DNA of 64,000 nt from Candidatus Bathyarchaeota archaeon RBG_16_48_13 (GCA_001775995.1 MEZH01000004.1:50313-114312), one strand, 5' to 3'. Shown: positions 27,965-38,196, counted from the first letter of the stretch. The notes: generated by a model from the sequence alone, not told the origin. Numbers and translations are program-made.

Positions 27965-29065
27965 ATGAATGACCTTGGAAAACAAGCCTCTAAACACCTA
28001 GGGAGTACTGCTATGAGAATAGAAAATCTCAGGAAAGCATTCTCATCAGATTTAGATCACTTCATAGTGACAAATCCGAAAAATCTATTCTATTTGACAG
28101 GATTTCAGGGGAGTGGCGTCTTGATGATAACGCCGGACAGTGCAGTGACCCTCTATGTATATTCGATCGAATTTGAGCATGCAAAGAGCAAAGCAAGAGG
28201 ATGCGAAATAGAACTCTTGGAGAATAAGATGAAGATTGAAGAGAAGGTTATGAATGATCTGAAGGTTCGGGGAGCCAAACGGGTAGGCATCGATGACCTT
28301 CCAATCTCCCAGTATCTGTTATTCAAGAGAAGAAGCAGAGGAATGGAAATCCTGCTCAAAGTCGATCTAATATGGAAGCTACGGAAGAGAAAGGATTCTG
28401 TAGAACTCAAGAACATGAAAAAAGCTGCTGAAATAGCGACCCATGGCTTCGAAGCTGCTCTGGAAGCAATAAGACCGGGAGCAACTGAAAAAGAAGTCGC
28501 TGCGGAAATCGAATATAGGATGAGGAGGCACGGATCGGAGGGGTTGGCTTTCGACTCAATAGTTGCATCAGGCTTCAACTCGATTCTTCCTCATGTTGGA
28601 CCGACAGAAAGAAAAATCAGGGATGACGATTTCGTTATAGTTGACATAGGGTCAATTTACGAAGGCTACTGCACAGACATAACTAGAACATACGTGGCAG
28701 GAAACCCATCGGTTCGACAAAGACGGATGTACGATGCCGTTTTGAGAGCACACGATAGGGCCATCGAATGTATCCAAGAGGGTGTAATGGCGAAGGTGGT
28801 TGATCACAGAGCTAGACAGATCCTGTCAAGAAGAGGCTATGGAGAATTCTTTGTGCATTCCTTAGGTCATGGCGTGGGTTTGGAAGTCCACGAGCCTCCA
28901 AGGCTGAGTCCTAATAGCAGTGAGGAACTTCAGAGCGGATATGTGGTCACAGTCGAGCCCGGGGTATACATTCCAGGCTATGGAGGCGTAAGGATAGAAG
29001 ATACAGTTGCTGTGGTCAGAGGTGGGTCTGAAAGGTTATCCGAGGCCCCGTATGGCCTGAGCTAG
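27965..29065 (+). CDS. M24-family Xaa-Pro aminopeptidase/dipeptidase
   Basis: Pita-bread fold motifs DIGSIYEGYCTDITRT, HSLGHGVGLEVHE, and GGVRIED. Confidence 0.85.
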   Translation: MNDLGKQASKHLGSTAMRIENLRKAFSSDLDHFIVTNPKNLFYLTGFQGSGVLMITPDSAVTLYVYSIEFEHAKSKARGCEIELLENKMKIEEKVMNDLKVRGAKRVGIDDLPISQYLLFKRRSRGMEILLKVDLIWKLRKRKDSVELKNMKKAAEIATHGFEAALEAIRPGATEKEVAAEIEYRMRRHGSEGLAFDSIVASGFNSILPHVGPTERKIRDDDFVIVDIGSIYEGYCTDITRTYVAGNPSVRQRRMYDAVLRAHDRAIECIQEGVMAKVVDHRARQILSRRGYGEFFVHSLGHGVGLEVHEPPRLSPNSSEELQSGYVVTVEPGVYIPGYGGVRIEDTVAVVRGGSERLSEAPYGLS

Positions 29066-29853
29066 TGGCCGAACCGTCTCTTCCTTTTTTGATAAATCCT
29101 GACAGCTCTCCAGAGGTCTATCTTTCTCAGGTCCGGCCAATAGACGTCCAAGAAGTACAGTTCGCTATACGCGCTCTGCCAAAGAAGGAAGCCGCTTAGT
29201 CTCTCCTCTCCAGAAGTCCTTATAATGAGATCAGGATCGGATTTTGGCAAGTGTGATGTGTAAAGATGGTCTTCGATGAGCTTCTCATCAATGTCCTCTG
29301 GGCGAAGTCTACCTTCTGTTACCGCCTTAGTGATCCAACGCGTAGCGTCGACTATCTCGGCTCTACCGCCGTAAGCGATTGCTATGTTCAAAAAATGCTC
29401 TGCATAATTTTCAGTCGACTTCTCAGTCTCCGCAATTAGGTCTTGGAGGACTTGGGGAAGTAGATGTATCCTGCCTATAGCTTTGACACGAACCCTTTTC
29501 TGGTGGATCTTTACATCGGCCAGTAATGTTCGTATTTTTTCCTCGGCCAGCTTCATTATTGTTGTGATCTCCTCTGGAGGGCGCTGGAAATTCTCCATGG
29601 AAAAAACGTAGATGGTTATGGTTCTGACGTTAAGGTCAAGGCACCAATCCAATAGAGTCTGTACCTTTTCAGCGCCCTTTTTATGGCCTATCCAAACTGG
29701 GAGTAGGTTCTCGCGAGCCCATCTCCTATTTCCGTCCAATATGACACCTATGTGGCCAGGCATTTGGGAATTTCTTATCTGGCGCCACAGGTATTCTTCA
29801 TAGGCTTTGTAGACTCCTAGTACTCGTAAGGTTCTCTCTAAAATAGGCGGCAT
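29062..29853 (-). CDS. uppS: Cis-prenyl (undecaprenyl) diphosphate synthase
   Basis: HIGVILDGNRRWA, AFSMENF-type (here VFSMENF), and RTSGEERLSGFLLWQ motifs. Confidence 0.9.
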   Translation of the reverse strand: MPPILERTLRVLGVYKAYEEYLWRQIRNSQMPGHIGVILDGNRRWARENLLPVWIGHKKGAEKVQTLLDWCLDLNVRTITIYVFSMENFQRPPEEITTIMKLAEEKIRTLLADVKIHQKRVRVKAIGRIHLLPQVLQDLIAETEKSTENYAEHFLNIAIAYGGRAEIVDATRWITKAVTEGRLRPEDIDEKLIEDHLYTSHLPKSDPDLIIRTSGEERLSGFLLWQSAYSELYFLDVYWPDLRKIDLWRAVRIYQKRKRRFGH

Positions 29854-29867
29854 CTCCGGTCTTGGGA

Positions 29868-31103
29868 TTATTCTTCCTCGCTGTGCTCATCTTTCCTGAA
29901 GTGATTTGAGTATCTCCTGCTCAGAACCCGCACTATGAAAACCGAGGAAGCGGTTACCAAGATGCCAAATCCTACAGAAGCAACCAGAGTCATTGGCGAC
30001 ACAGATGGGTCAAGAAGGATGAGGGAAGATCTAAGAGCCACCTCTCTTGAAGGCAGTACCATGACAGCGCCAATCACGTTTCGCCAAAGCTTTGAACTCT
30101 CGATGAAAAGGTAATAGATGGACCTACCAATAAAGAACACTCCGACGCCTATGGTTATCAGGTCCAGTGAGTAGGCTATGAATTTGCCAATTATGAGTGG
30201 CAAATTTGCAAGTATTATGCCCAGATCAAAGGGAATTTGAACCTCAACCATTATTTTGGATATCGCCTGATAAGTGCCGATGAGAACTAGGACGAACCCT
30301 GCAGAGCTTGTGAAGAATCTAATCTGAGCCAAAGGAGTTGGTATAAGGCTCGTTCGGACATAATGATTCACTCGCTTGATCCGCTGGTCCAATGCAAAGC
30401 CCTTGACAAGCAGTATGACGCCTAGAATTATCAATAGAGCTTGCCCTGTATAGATTAGTTGTTGGTAATACCAAAGGAAAAAGAAGGCTATCAGCAGTAT
30501 TCCAGGTATTCCCAGGAACACCCGTGAGTACCTAGCATCCTCCGTAATCATTCTGACATATTTGAAGAAGACGGCCCAAGATTCTTCTATGGACTCACTG
30601 TGCTTCACAACTGTCCGTTTTATGGACATTATTGGAACGCGTGATTCAACAATTGGGATGACTGATTCATCTCCGTAGCCATCGGAAACCAGAATAGCGT
30701 TGTTGGCTGGAAATCTTTCGAGAATCGATTCGAGTTCTGAGGCCAACTTCCGGTCAGCCTCTACTCCCCCAGAGTGAGAACCCGAAATAGAGGCCACTTC
30801 AATCTTCTCTTTAGGTTCAGTCAGGGTCTTCTTCATATCATCGAAAATTTTCACCGCATCGAATATGGCGTTGGCATCTGCTTCTTCCGGATCGTTCAGA
30901 GCCAATTCTATTGCAGCCTTAATGTTTTCATCTCGCCCTATGACAGGAGTATTCACGCGCCCCTTTGCCTCGATATCCCCATCTCGGTCAACGCATAGCA
31001 CCAGGATTCTGTCGGACTCGCCTTTGATCTTACTTGCCATGAGGAATCGAGCGCCTTTGGTCAATCTTGAAACAACGATTCTTGATTTCTGGGTACTGGT
31101 CAA
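29868..31103 (-). CDS. DUF373-family membrane protein
   Basis: Soluble N-terminal domain (ILVLCVDRDGDI...PVIGRDE) followed by about 6 TM helices. Confidence 0.6.
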   Translation of the reverse strand: MTSTQKSRIVVSRLTKGARFLMASKIKGESDRILVLCVDRDGDIEAKGRVNTPVIGRDENIKAAIELALNDPEEADANAIFDAVKIFDDMKKTLTEPKEKIEVASISGSHSGGVEADRKLASELESILERFPANNAILVSDGYGDESVIPIVESRVPIMSIKRTVVKHSESIEESWAVFFKYVRMITEDARYSRVFLGIPGILLIAFFFLWYYQQLIYTGQALLIILGVILLVKGFALDQRIKRVNHYVRTSLIPTPLAQIRFFTSSAGFVLVLIGTYQAISKIMVEVQIPFDLGIILANLPLIIGKFIAYSLDLITIGVGVFFIGRSIYYLFIESSKLWRNVIGAVMVLPSREVALRSSLILLDPSVSPMTLVASVGFGILVTASSVFIVRVLSRRYSNHFRKDEHSEEE

Positions 31104-31130
31104 TGAAGAAAGCGTAATAGACGCTCTCTG

Positions 31131-31469
31131 TCAAATAGTGAGCCTCTTCACTGTAACGGTTCCATCCTCGGTTACCCTTATCTCGAATTCATCACCATAA
31201 CTGTATTTCTTGGTGAGCCGCTCCCATTCCTGAATTGTCAAGTAAAGGACGAAACGGTTTGTGTATGCTCTTGCCTGAGGAAACATCCTCGGAAGCTGTT
31301 TGAGAATAGGCATAACAGCCATTACTTCTGGAGACGAGTTAGAGGGCATGGCGACGACACTAGTTTGTTGGGATTCTATGGCAAACTCTATGCTTATCAG
31401 CTCTCCACCCATGCCATCGAATGTTGGATGTACCGCAGTAACCTTGCAACTGATCGTCGTTTCGACCAT
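31131..31469 (-). CDS. Hypothetical protein
   Basis: 112-aa ORF in a gap with consistent orientation. No motif recognised. Confidence 0.4.
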   Translation of the reverse strand: MVETTISCKVTAVHPTFDGMGGELISIEFAIESQQTSVVAMPSNSSPEVMAVMPILKQLPRMFPQARAYTNRFVLYLTIQEWERLTKKYSYGDEFEIRVTEDGTVTVKRLTI

Positions 31470-31522
31470 TTTCTACAACCTTTATTTTGTTCTTTGGCTC
31501 TGCTATAAGGTGGGGATGGTCA

Positions 31523-31912
31523 CTATTGGGCATTTCTTTCCTTTTTTCTACTAAGATAGTCTTGTATGGCGGCGTGTAAGCCATCAGCCGCCAGATTTGA
31601 GCAATGCATCTTCACCGGAGGCAATCCTTCCAAGGCATCGGCGACATCTTGCCTGGTGATCTCCATGGCTTCCTCCAGAGTTTTACCCCGGGCTAACTCC
31701 GTAATCATGCTACTGGTCGCTATTGCTGCTCCACAACCGAATGTCTTGAATTTAATGTCTTCTAGCCTGTTATCTTTGACTTTTATGTATATCCACATCA
31801 GGTCGCCGCATACAGGGTTGCCTACCTTCCCTATGCCATCTGCATCTTTTATCTCGCCCATGTTTCGAGGGTTTCGAAAATGATCCATAACCTTCTCGGA
31901 ATACATAGTCAA
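31523..31912 (-). CDS. iscU: Fe-S cluster assembly scaffold IscU/NifU-N
   Basis: GNPVCGD, FKTFGCGAAIATSS, and HCSNLA motifs. Confidence 0.9.
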   Translation of the reverse strand: MTMYSEKVMDHFRNPRNMGEIKDADGIGKVGNPVCGDLMWIYIKVKDNRLEDIKFKTFGCGAAIATSSMITELARGKTLEEAMEITRQDVADALEGLPPVKMHCSNLAADGLHAAIQDYLSRKKERNAQ

Positions 31913-32088
31913 ACTATCCTGGTCATCTTTGTGATTTGAAGATTATTTGCCTTGCTACTTTTATGTTCATCGATGAATTGGGGGGAATATATTGAGCCCC
32001 GAGAGCATTTTGGGCGTGACCGAGAAGATGAAACAATTCTTTCTAAGCAACATGATTGTGTGTATGAATTTGTGAAAAGCGGTCGTAT

Positions 32089-33315
32089 TTATCCCTCCAA
32101 ATATGATTGGGCCTCATCGGAAAAGGACAGTTGCTCGGAGATCTTGGGTTTCTGTTCGGGATGGTTGAGCATGATGACTTTCACGACGTTCAAATAATCC
32201 TCTGTAGCGGTCCTCTTTGACACATGATACCTAAAACCGATCTTCTGGGCCAACTCATCCAATAAGGATCGGGTTGCCCTTGACCTTCCTAGCATGACAA
32301 ACCTGCCGTGTGGAAAGTGAAAGTGATTATTTTCTTTCGCCGAGTCTTTGGCCAAGACAATCCCTGATACCATCAGTTCTAAGGCATAGCTTAGGAGGTG
32401 CCAATCTTGGGTCTTCTTGATCTCCCCAAAACAGATGTCAGCTTTCGAGAGATAGTCGTACGCTGTAGCCAGGGCTTCTGGGTCTCGAAACCGAAAGGGT
32501 AAGTTATCATGGAGTGCCTGATATATGGATTCGTAGTCCATGTCTGATTCATCGATAACTTTCTTCGCTTCTCGCAGGGTTTGAGCTGCAAAGATTGAAT
32601 TCAGTGTCTCTGAAATGTTGGCAGGCCTGTCTCGTGCAAATAAGCCAGCTATGTTCTCTCTTCTAAGTGTGACAGCGCCGGAAGAGGTGGATTGTAGATC
32701 ATTTATGGCCGATCTTACATCACCCTGACTCATCTCAGTTATCATTTCTAACGCCCCTTCTTCAGCGTTTATCCCTTCGAGGCGACATATGTTTTTGAGA
32801 AGAGCCAGTAGAACAGGGGGGCGAACCCTTTGGAACCTTACCACCTGACAACAATGAATTAAAGGTTGAAGGGCTTCTCTCTGTGTACTGTTTGCTGCAA
32901 GGATTATTGGGACTCGGGTCACTTCCAGAATCTTCTGTATTGCTGCCATACCACCATGATCTTCTCGACCGAAAATCCCGTCAATTTCATCGACAAACAA
33001 AAGGAGACCACGGTATCCATAGAATGCTTTGTCCAAAGAGCCTTCGATTGAGGCTGGGCCCATGACGCGTGATATCTGTTTCTCGGTACGGACGTCGCTG
33101 GCGTTCATCTCGATGAGTTGATATTGAAAATCGTGGGCTGCGGCCTGGACGAGGCTAGTTTTTCCCGTTCCGGGAGGTCCCCAGAGCAGAAACCCCTCAT
33201 TTCCGGGAACCCAATTCTTCAGCCATTTAACGATGGCTACTTTAGCTTCTTCATTGCCTATGATCTCACAAATGCTTTTGGGGCGGTATTTCTCCGTCCA
33301 CATAACGTCCTTCAT
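32089..33315 (-). CDS. rfcL: Replication factor C large subunit
   Basis: WTEKYRPKS, and LLWGPPGTGKTS Walker A. 408 aa. Directly downstream of rfcS. Confidence 0.9.
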   Translation of the reverse strand: MKDVMWTEKYRPKSICEIIGNEEAKVAIVKWLKNWVPGNEGFLLWGPPGTGKTSLVQAAAHDFQYQLIEMNASDVRTEKQISRVMGPASIEGSLDKAFYGYRGLLLFVDEIDGIFGREDHGGMAAIQKILEVTRVPIILAANSTQREALQPLIHCCQVVRFQRVRPPVLLALLKNICRLEGINAEEGALEMITEMSQGDVRSAINDLQSTSSGAVTLRRENIAGLFARDRPANISETLNSIFAAQTLREAKKVIDESDMDYESIYQALHDNLPFRFRDPEALATAYDYLSKADICFGEIKKTQDWHLLSYALELMVSGIVLAKDSAKENNHFHFPHGRFVMLGRSRATRSLLDELAQKIGFRYHVSKRTATEDYLNVVKVIMLNHPEQKPKISEQLSFSDEAQSYLEG

Positions 33316-33333
33316 AATAGCTGCCAGTTCCTC

Positions 33334-34311
33334 TCAGACTCTTCTGCAGAATTTCACAACTTGAGCTAGGAAAGCGCTCAATTGGATGTCTTCGTTTGCA
33401 CCTTCCAGCAATCTAAAATCATATTCTCCAAGCACCCGGATCAGTTCTATTCTGACGTCTTCAGGTACATCGAGCACGAGTATTTGGCGATGGATCTGGC
33501 GAATGATCTCGCTCCCTGAGAGGCCCTTATTGAACATGAGGCTAAACAAGGTCTCTCGGGCCCCTCGGAAGTCGCCTTCTAGGGCCTTATTGATCATTTT
33601 CTTAATGTCGCTTTTGTCGATTTCCCCTAGGAATTGATTTACGGCTCTCTCATCTACAGCTTTTTCCATCGCTGAAGCAGCCTGAAGCGTGTTTATGGCT
33701 CTTCGGAGATCACCGTTTGCGAAGGTCGTAATAGCATTCAAGCCATCATCCAAGAGCTTCACACCCTCTTTATGGGATATTTCTTGAAGATACTGTGCAA
33801 CGTCATCCCTTTTCAGAGGTAAGAAACGGAAGATTGCACATCGACTTTGAATGGGTTCTATGATTTTCCCAGAGTAGTTGGCAATGAGAATGAAACGAGA
33901 ATTTCTTGAACTGACCTCCATAATCCTTCTCAACGCGGTCTGAGCGTCGGAGGTCATCTGATCACATTCATCCAAGATTACCACATTTATGGAGAGCCCT
34001 GATAACCTGCCCGTCGCCATGCGGGAGAAATTCTTCACCCTTTCTCTGATCATCTGGATGCCTCTCTCATCAGAGGCGTTCAGTTCGAGGATGTTGTTTC
34101 TCCAAGTTTGTCCCAAGATCTTTTGAGCTGCACAGAGGGCAACAGTTGTTTTTCCTGTGCCTGGCGGGCCCGCGAACAGGAGATGTGGCATGGTGGAGGG
34201 AGAAACCAACAAGGCTCCTAACATCTTTATGATGTCTTTCTGATTCACAACGTCGTCGAGAGAAGATGGCCGGTATTTTTCGGTCCACATTACTTCGTTC
34301 TCTTGAGCCAT
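33334..34311 (-). CDS. rfcS: Replication factor C small subunit
   Basis: WTEKYRP, FAGPPGTGKTT, ILDECD, and SRC motifs. 325 aa, no intein. Confidence 0.95.
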   Translation of the reverse strand: MAQENEVMWTEKYRPSSLDDVVNQKDIIKMLGALLVSPSTMPHLLFAGPPGTGKTTVALCAAQKILGQTWRNNILELNASDERGIQMIRERVKNFSRMATGRLSGLSINVVILDECDQMTSDAQTALRRIMEVSSRNSRFILIANYSGKIIEPIQSRCAIFRFLPLKRDDVAQYLQEISHKEGVKLLDDGLNAITTFANGDLRRAINTLQAASAMEKAVDERAVNQFLGEIDKSDIKKMINKALEGDFRGARETLFSLMFNKGLSGSEIIRQIHRQILVLDVPEDVRIELIRVLGEYDFRLLEGANEDIQLSAFLAQVVKFCRRV

Positions 34312-34460
34312 GGCGGTATGACCTGTGGTGCGCTCGGCAACGAGTAACTATTCCACCAACACTATTATAAGTTATTAGAATCATGCGTTCATGCCAATTT
34401 GCATGGATGTCTGAAGTGACATGAAATGAAGATCGAGCAGCGGCAAAAGTGTGAGGAGAT

Positions 34461-34997
34461 TTAGGAGGTTATTCTTTGACCGGTCTCGACGCCAAATGGG
34501 ACGTAGACGAAAGCCACTATGCAGCATCCATAACGATCTTTTGGAACGCGCATGCTGCTGACCACCGCTTTGGGGTTAACGAGCTTTACATCGCGGTCTG
34601 AAGCCATCCTCTTCATTCTCTTGTAGAGCTCTTCTTCAATGGTTTTTGCATCTTTGTAGCCATGATTCTCTGCGACAAAGCCATAGGTTGGACCCTTCTT
34701 GTTCATGCAATTGGAATAACCAACGCCAGCTCCTATGTTCTCCCCTTCATCACCATCCATTCTAGCCACAACGGCGAAGGTCAGAGTACCCGGAGTGATG
34801 CGGCAGGGTCTGACTTCTTTTGCGTCTTTAGGAATTATAGATGATATGTATATTAAGTTACATTCATCTATCTTGGCCTCGCTCAGAGCGTCATCAAATG
34901 CGTTGAGCATTGATTCTGTGCTGGTTCCTTTGCCACTGGTCACAAAGAAGGCTTGAGGCAGGAAAATGCCGTGGGTAGTACGATAATGTTTCATCAA
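34461..34997 (-). CDS. pdaD: Pyruvoyl-dependent arginine decarboxylase
   Basis: FVTSGKG and the LIYISSIIP self-cleavage region. 178 aa. Confidence 0.85.
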   Translation of the reverse strand: MMKHYRTTHGIFLPQAFFVTSGKGTSTESMLNAFDDALSEAKIDECNLIYISSIIPKDAKEVRPCRITPGTLTFAVVARMDGDEGENIGAGVGYSNCMNKKGPTYGFVAENHGYKDAKTIEEELYKRMKRMASDRDVKLVNPKAVVSSMRVPKDRYGCCIVAFVYVPFGVETGQRITS

Positions 34998-35114
34998 ATG
35001 TCACTTAGAGAACAATGTGACATACAATCTAAAATACTTACGTTTCTGTGAATTTGGACCCTGAATCATATTTCAAGTATATAGAATTCGGCGCTAGGTT
35101 TTGCGTATAAACCG

Positions 35115-35124
35115 AGAAAACGAA
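35115..35124 (-). terminator. Oligo-T tract downstream of the tRNA
   Basis: Sense-strand TTCGTTTTCT begins 6 nt after the discriminator base. Archaeal termination uses oligo-T. Confidence 0.3.
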
Positions 35125-35129
35125 GTTAG

Positions 35130-35244
35130 TGGGGAGGCCGGGATTTGAACCCGGGATCACCAGCGCCCCAGGTTCCCCGCGTTTTTTGAACGCTCTGGAA
35201 TCCTGTTGGCGGTCTGAACCTTGACCAAGCTAGACTACCTCCCC
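35130..35244 (-). tRNA. tRNA gene with a roughly 40-nt insertion in the anticodon-arm region; anticodon unresolved (candidates Pro-GGG or Trp-CCA)
   Basis: Sense strand has acceptor GGGGAGG/CCTCCCC plus A73, D-arm GTCT-AGCTTGGTCA-AGGT, and T-arm CCGGG-TTCAAAT-CCCGG. 52 nt lie where 12 are expected. Confidence 0.8.
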
Positions 35245-35268
35245 GCAGATTCGTTAAGAATTGCGGTT

Positions 35269-36039
35269 TCAGGTTTTAACGCTTTCTAAACCGAGGGCAA
35301 AAAGGATTTCTACGAAATCTCTTTGAGCCAAGGTCATTTTGTATTTCCGAAGTTTGTCGATCAAATAGGCTTTGTCAAAGGGTAGCAGCCTTCTGGTTGT
35401 CTGAGAGATTTCGCTTCCAATGAAGAGATATTGGCACATGGAGGTGACGTTAGAGGGGTGCCGTGTTGTGCTAGCTGATTCGAAATCCAATATAACCGGT
35501 TTTCCTCGCAGGGGTATTATGAGATGCTTGTGGGCCGTGCTCATTTCACCGTGGTCGAGCCCGATAGAGTCGAGTTTTCTGCAGTCGCCCAGAATGGATC
35601 TGAAAACGGGCTTGAAACTGCATCTTGATTCTTCAGACTGCAGCCACTCTGCTGGTCTCAACCCATCGATGAATTCCATCAAGAGAAAGTTTGCTGATTG
35701 GGCAATTAGCTTTGGGCCCACTCCTAATTCATTTGCGTGCATCAATAACTGGGCTTCTCGATCCATGTCAGGTCGATTAGCATCTAGCCTACGTATTTTC
35801 AAAGCCACTTGTCCTAGACTAGTGTTAGCCAATAGGACTAGACTGACGCATCCCTTTCCCAGGATTTTTATTCCGTCAAGAGTTTCCGGCCCATAAGGGA
35901 TAATCGCCTTGACCCCTAGTGATTCAAGCTCTTTGATTCTTGACCGGAGTGTGTCTATGTTAGGTCTTGGGTAGCAGAGAAGATGGGCTATTCTCTCTCC
36001 ATTAAAATAGATGCTAGGTATTGCCTCGGTCGGATTCAA
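35269..36039 (-). CDS. Atypical Ser/Thr protein kinase (RIO/Bud32-like, COG2112 type)
   Basis: ILGKGCVSLV Gly-loop, VALKIRR Lys, GLDHGEMS catalytic loop, and ILDFESAS. Confidence 0.65.
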   Translation of the reverse strand: MNPTEAIPSIYFNGERIAHLLCYPRPNIDTLRSRIKELESLGVKAIIPYGPETLDGIKILGKGCVSLVLLANTSLGQVALKIRRLDANRPDMDREAQLLMHANELGVGPKLIAQSANFLLMEFIDGLRPAEWLQSEESRCSFKPVFRSILGDCRKLDSIGLDHGEMSTAHKHLIIPLRGKPVILDFESASTTRHPSNVTSMCQYLFIGSEISQTTRRLLPFDKAYLIDKLRKYKMTLAQRDFVEILFALGLESVKT

Positions 36040-37462
36040 GCCATCTAGGCCTCCCGTACAAGAAATCTGTCAAGAAAATTGCGAAATCTCTACTGGAAGA
36101 AAGGAAATCAAGGATTTCCTCGTTCACGAAGATCTCCAAGTCCCTCATTGCAGCTTCTGCAATAAAACTACCGACACCGATATCTCGCCCTCCATTCTTC
36201 ACTTTTCTCTCCAGTAGTACCCGTGCATCCATGGATCTTCTGCGGATTTGGGCGACCCATCGGTTATCCTCTATCCAAGGCCCGGCCACCAATTCTTTTG
36301 AGCCTAGATATTTTTCAAGGAAATCCGCGGATTCCTTGATCTTAGAGATAGGAGGTCCAAGATGTTTCTTTGTCATTGACAGAAGGTTTCTCTCAAGCTC
36401 GAATACTAGAAGGCTACAATTTGCTTCGTCGCTCCATGCAGAAGATCTTAGAACTTGGAAATCGTTTTGTCTAAGGTACCTCTCGATCGATCGGAGAGTC
36501 TTGTAAAGTTGACCCCAAAGGATGTCGGATACGACGCCCGCACCACCAATCTTTATGAATATGATATCTGTGCCTTTCCCATCCATCGTCGATATTACGC
36601 CATCGGGCCCAAATGGCTGAGTTATTCCTGGGAAAAAGAAGCGTTCACGTGGGGATTTCAGGAATATCCTCGAAGCTGCTCTGAACTCATTTAGCTTCCT
36701 TGAAGACACTGATGAGGCGACGTTTCTACGTCTATCGACCGGATCCACCACAATAAAATTAGAGGAAAAAAACTTCTGCAGTTCATCTCCATTTCGGTAG
36801 GACTTCATGTAGTCGAGAGTAATCATCTCGCCACTTGCAGCAATGGCTTCCAGAACTTTGATGAAAGACCCATAATGGATAGTCAGAAGTTCACACAGAT
36901 AACCGCTGAATCCACCCACTCTGATCTCAGCGCCATACACTCCGATGCCCTTCATGAACCTCTTTAGGAGTCGCACATCTCCCTTCAGGCTGTCTCCAAG
37001 GTTCTTCTTTATGAATTCCGTGTGGTATGGTGTCCGATCAGTAGCGCTCATCCAATCGCTTCTCTTCGCTCTGTCGGAGGAAATTTTGTAGAAAGGAACA
37101 AGATTTATTCTCGTACCTTCAATCCGTGCTTCCAGATACGGGTGCTCCGCAAATCTCTCTTTCTGTTCATGGCCTTCTGCCACTTTTCGAGCTATCTCCA
37201 GGGCAACCTTTTCGAATCTCTTCCTTCCCACTTCAGGAGAAAAACCTATGAAAAGGTCTATGTCCACGTCACTACTCAACCATGTGTCTTTTGCCAAGGA
37301 ACCTTCTAGCCGAACTGATACCTCGAGGTTGTTCTCTCTTGCCGAAGTCTCCGTCCTCTTGATCAATCTCAAGGTCAGGTCTTGAAGTCTCTGCCTCTCA
37401 CCAGGCTCTGGCGTTACTTCTTTCAGGACATGTGTGCAGATCTCTTCAAGAATGGAACTCAA
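36014..37462 (-). CDS. cca: Archaeal class I CCA-adding enzyme
   Basis: EGSLAKDTWLSSDVDIDLF nucleotidyltransferase motif. 482 aa. Confidence 0.9.
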   Translation of the reverse strand: MSSILEEICTHVLKEVTPEPGERQRLQDLTLRLIKRTETSARENNLEVSVRLEGSLAKDTWLSSDVDIDLFIGFSPEVGRKRFEKVALEIARKVAEGHEQKERFAEHPYLEARIEGTRINLVPFYKISSDRAKRSDWMSATDRTPYHTEFIKKNLGDSLKGDVRLLKRFMKGIGVYGAEIRVGGFSGYLCELLTIHYGSFIKVLEAIAASGEMITLDYMKSYRNGDELQKFFSSNFIVVDPVDRRRNVASSVSSRKLNEFRAASRIFLKSPRERFFFPGITQPFGPDGVISTMDGKGTDIIFIKIGGAGVVSDILWGQLYKTLRSIERYLRQNDFQVLRSSAWSDEANCSLLVFELERNLLSMTKKHLGPPISKIKESADFLEKYLGSKELVAGPWIEDNRWVAQIRRRSMDARVLLERKVKNGGRDIGVGSFIAEAAMRDLEIFVNEEILDFLSSSRDFAIFLTDFLYGRPRWLESDRGNT

Positions 37463-38064
37463 ACAGCTACCTCGCGTAGGGTGCTGTAGATGGGACCGCT
37501 TGGAGTCAGAACACTCTTTTTCAGCTTTAAGCTATTCACCCTAATGGATCCGAATTCGAGACCAACAAGATCGTCTATCTTGTGAACTAATACGTCTTTG
37601 TTCTTCGCCGATTTGACTCTAATTATTGTAAGGTGAGCGCTAAATTTCCTATTCTCAGGCGGAAAGCCGAGGTTCTTCAATCCAGTTTCAAGACTCTCTG
37701 CGATTCTGGATAATTCTTCAAAGCCATTCGTTATTCCAATCCATACAACATTCATCCTCGAGAGGCTTGGAAAGACTCCTACATTTTTGAGCCCCACGTC
37801 GAACGCTTTGACATAAACGTTCTTCATCACATCGTGAACATCATCTATCATAGAGGATCGAATGTCGCCAAGGAATTTCATCGTGATATGGATATTCTGA
37901 GGTTCCACTATTTTGAGGTCAGCACCAGTGGCTTGGAGTAACCCTTGAACCTCGGTGATTCCTCGGAGAATGTTGGGCTCCGAGATGTCGAAGGCTATGA
38001 AGCTTCTATTGATCTCGCTGGCCAATATTTCCACTTCCAAAAGGATGACCAAATATACGAACAA
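37459..38064 (-). CDS. thpR: RNA 2',3'-cyclic phosphodiesterase (2H family, ThpR/LigT)
   Basis: Two HxT motifs (HITMKFLG and HLTIIRV). Confidence 0.85.
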   Translation of the reverse strand: MFVYLVILLEVEILASEINRSFIAFDISEPNILRGITEVQGLLQATGADLKIVEPQNIHITMKFLGDIRSSMIDDVHDVMKNVYVKAFDVGLKNVGVFPSLSRMNVVWIGITNGFEELSRIAESLETGLKNLGFPPENRKFSAHLTIIRVKSAKNKDVLVHKIDDLVGLEFGSIRVNSLKLKKSVLTPSGPIYSTLREVAV

Positions 38065-38196
38065 TTAGCTGAGATGAAGCTGGATAAATACCATTATAAA
38101 CATATTTTGTGTTTTATATGGAGACAAGCTCCAATTAGGGATTTCTCACAGCCACGAAATAGAGCACATTAGGATGGAGATGAATAGGAAGAGCTG

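Noticed and set aside
35130-35244. Class II (Leu/Ser) interpretation of the long tRNA, with CCAG-AGCG-CTGG as the variable arm
   Set aside because: After removing the best BHB intron, the remaining 5' region (CAGAC-CGCCAAC-AGGAT) cannot form an anticodon arm. Five nt would also follow the variable stem.
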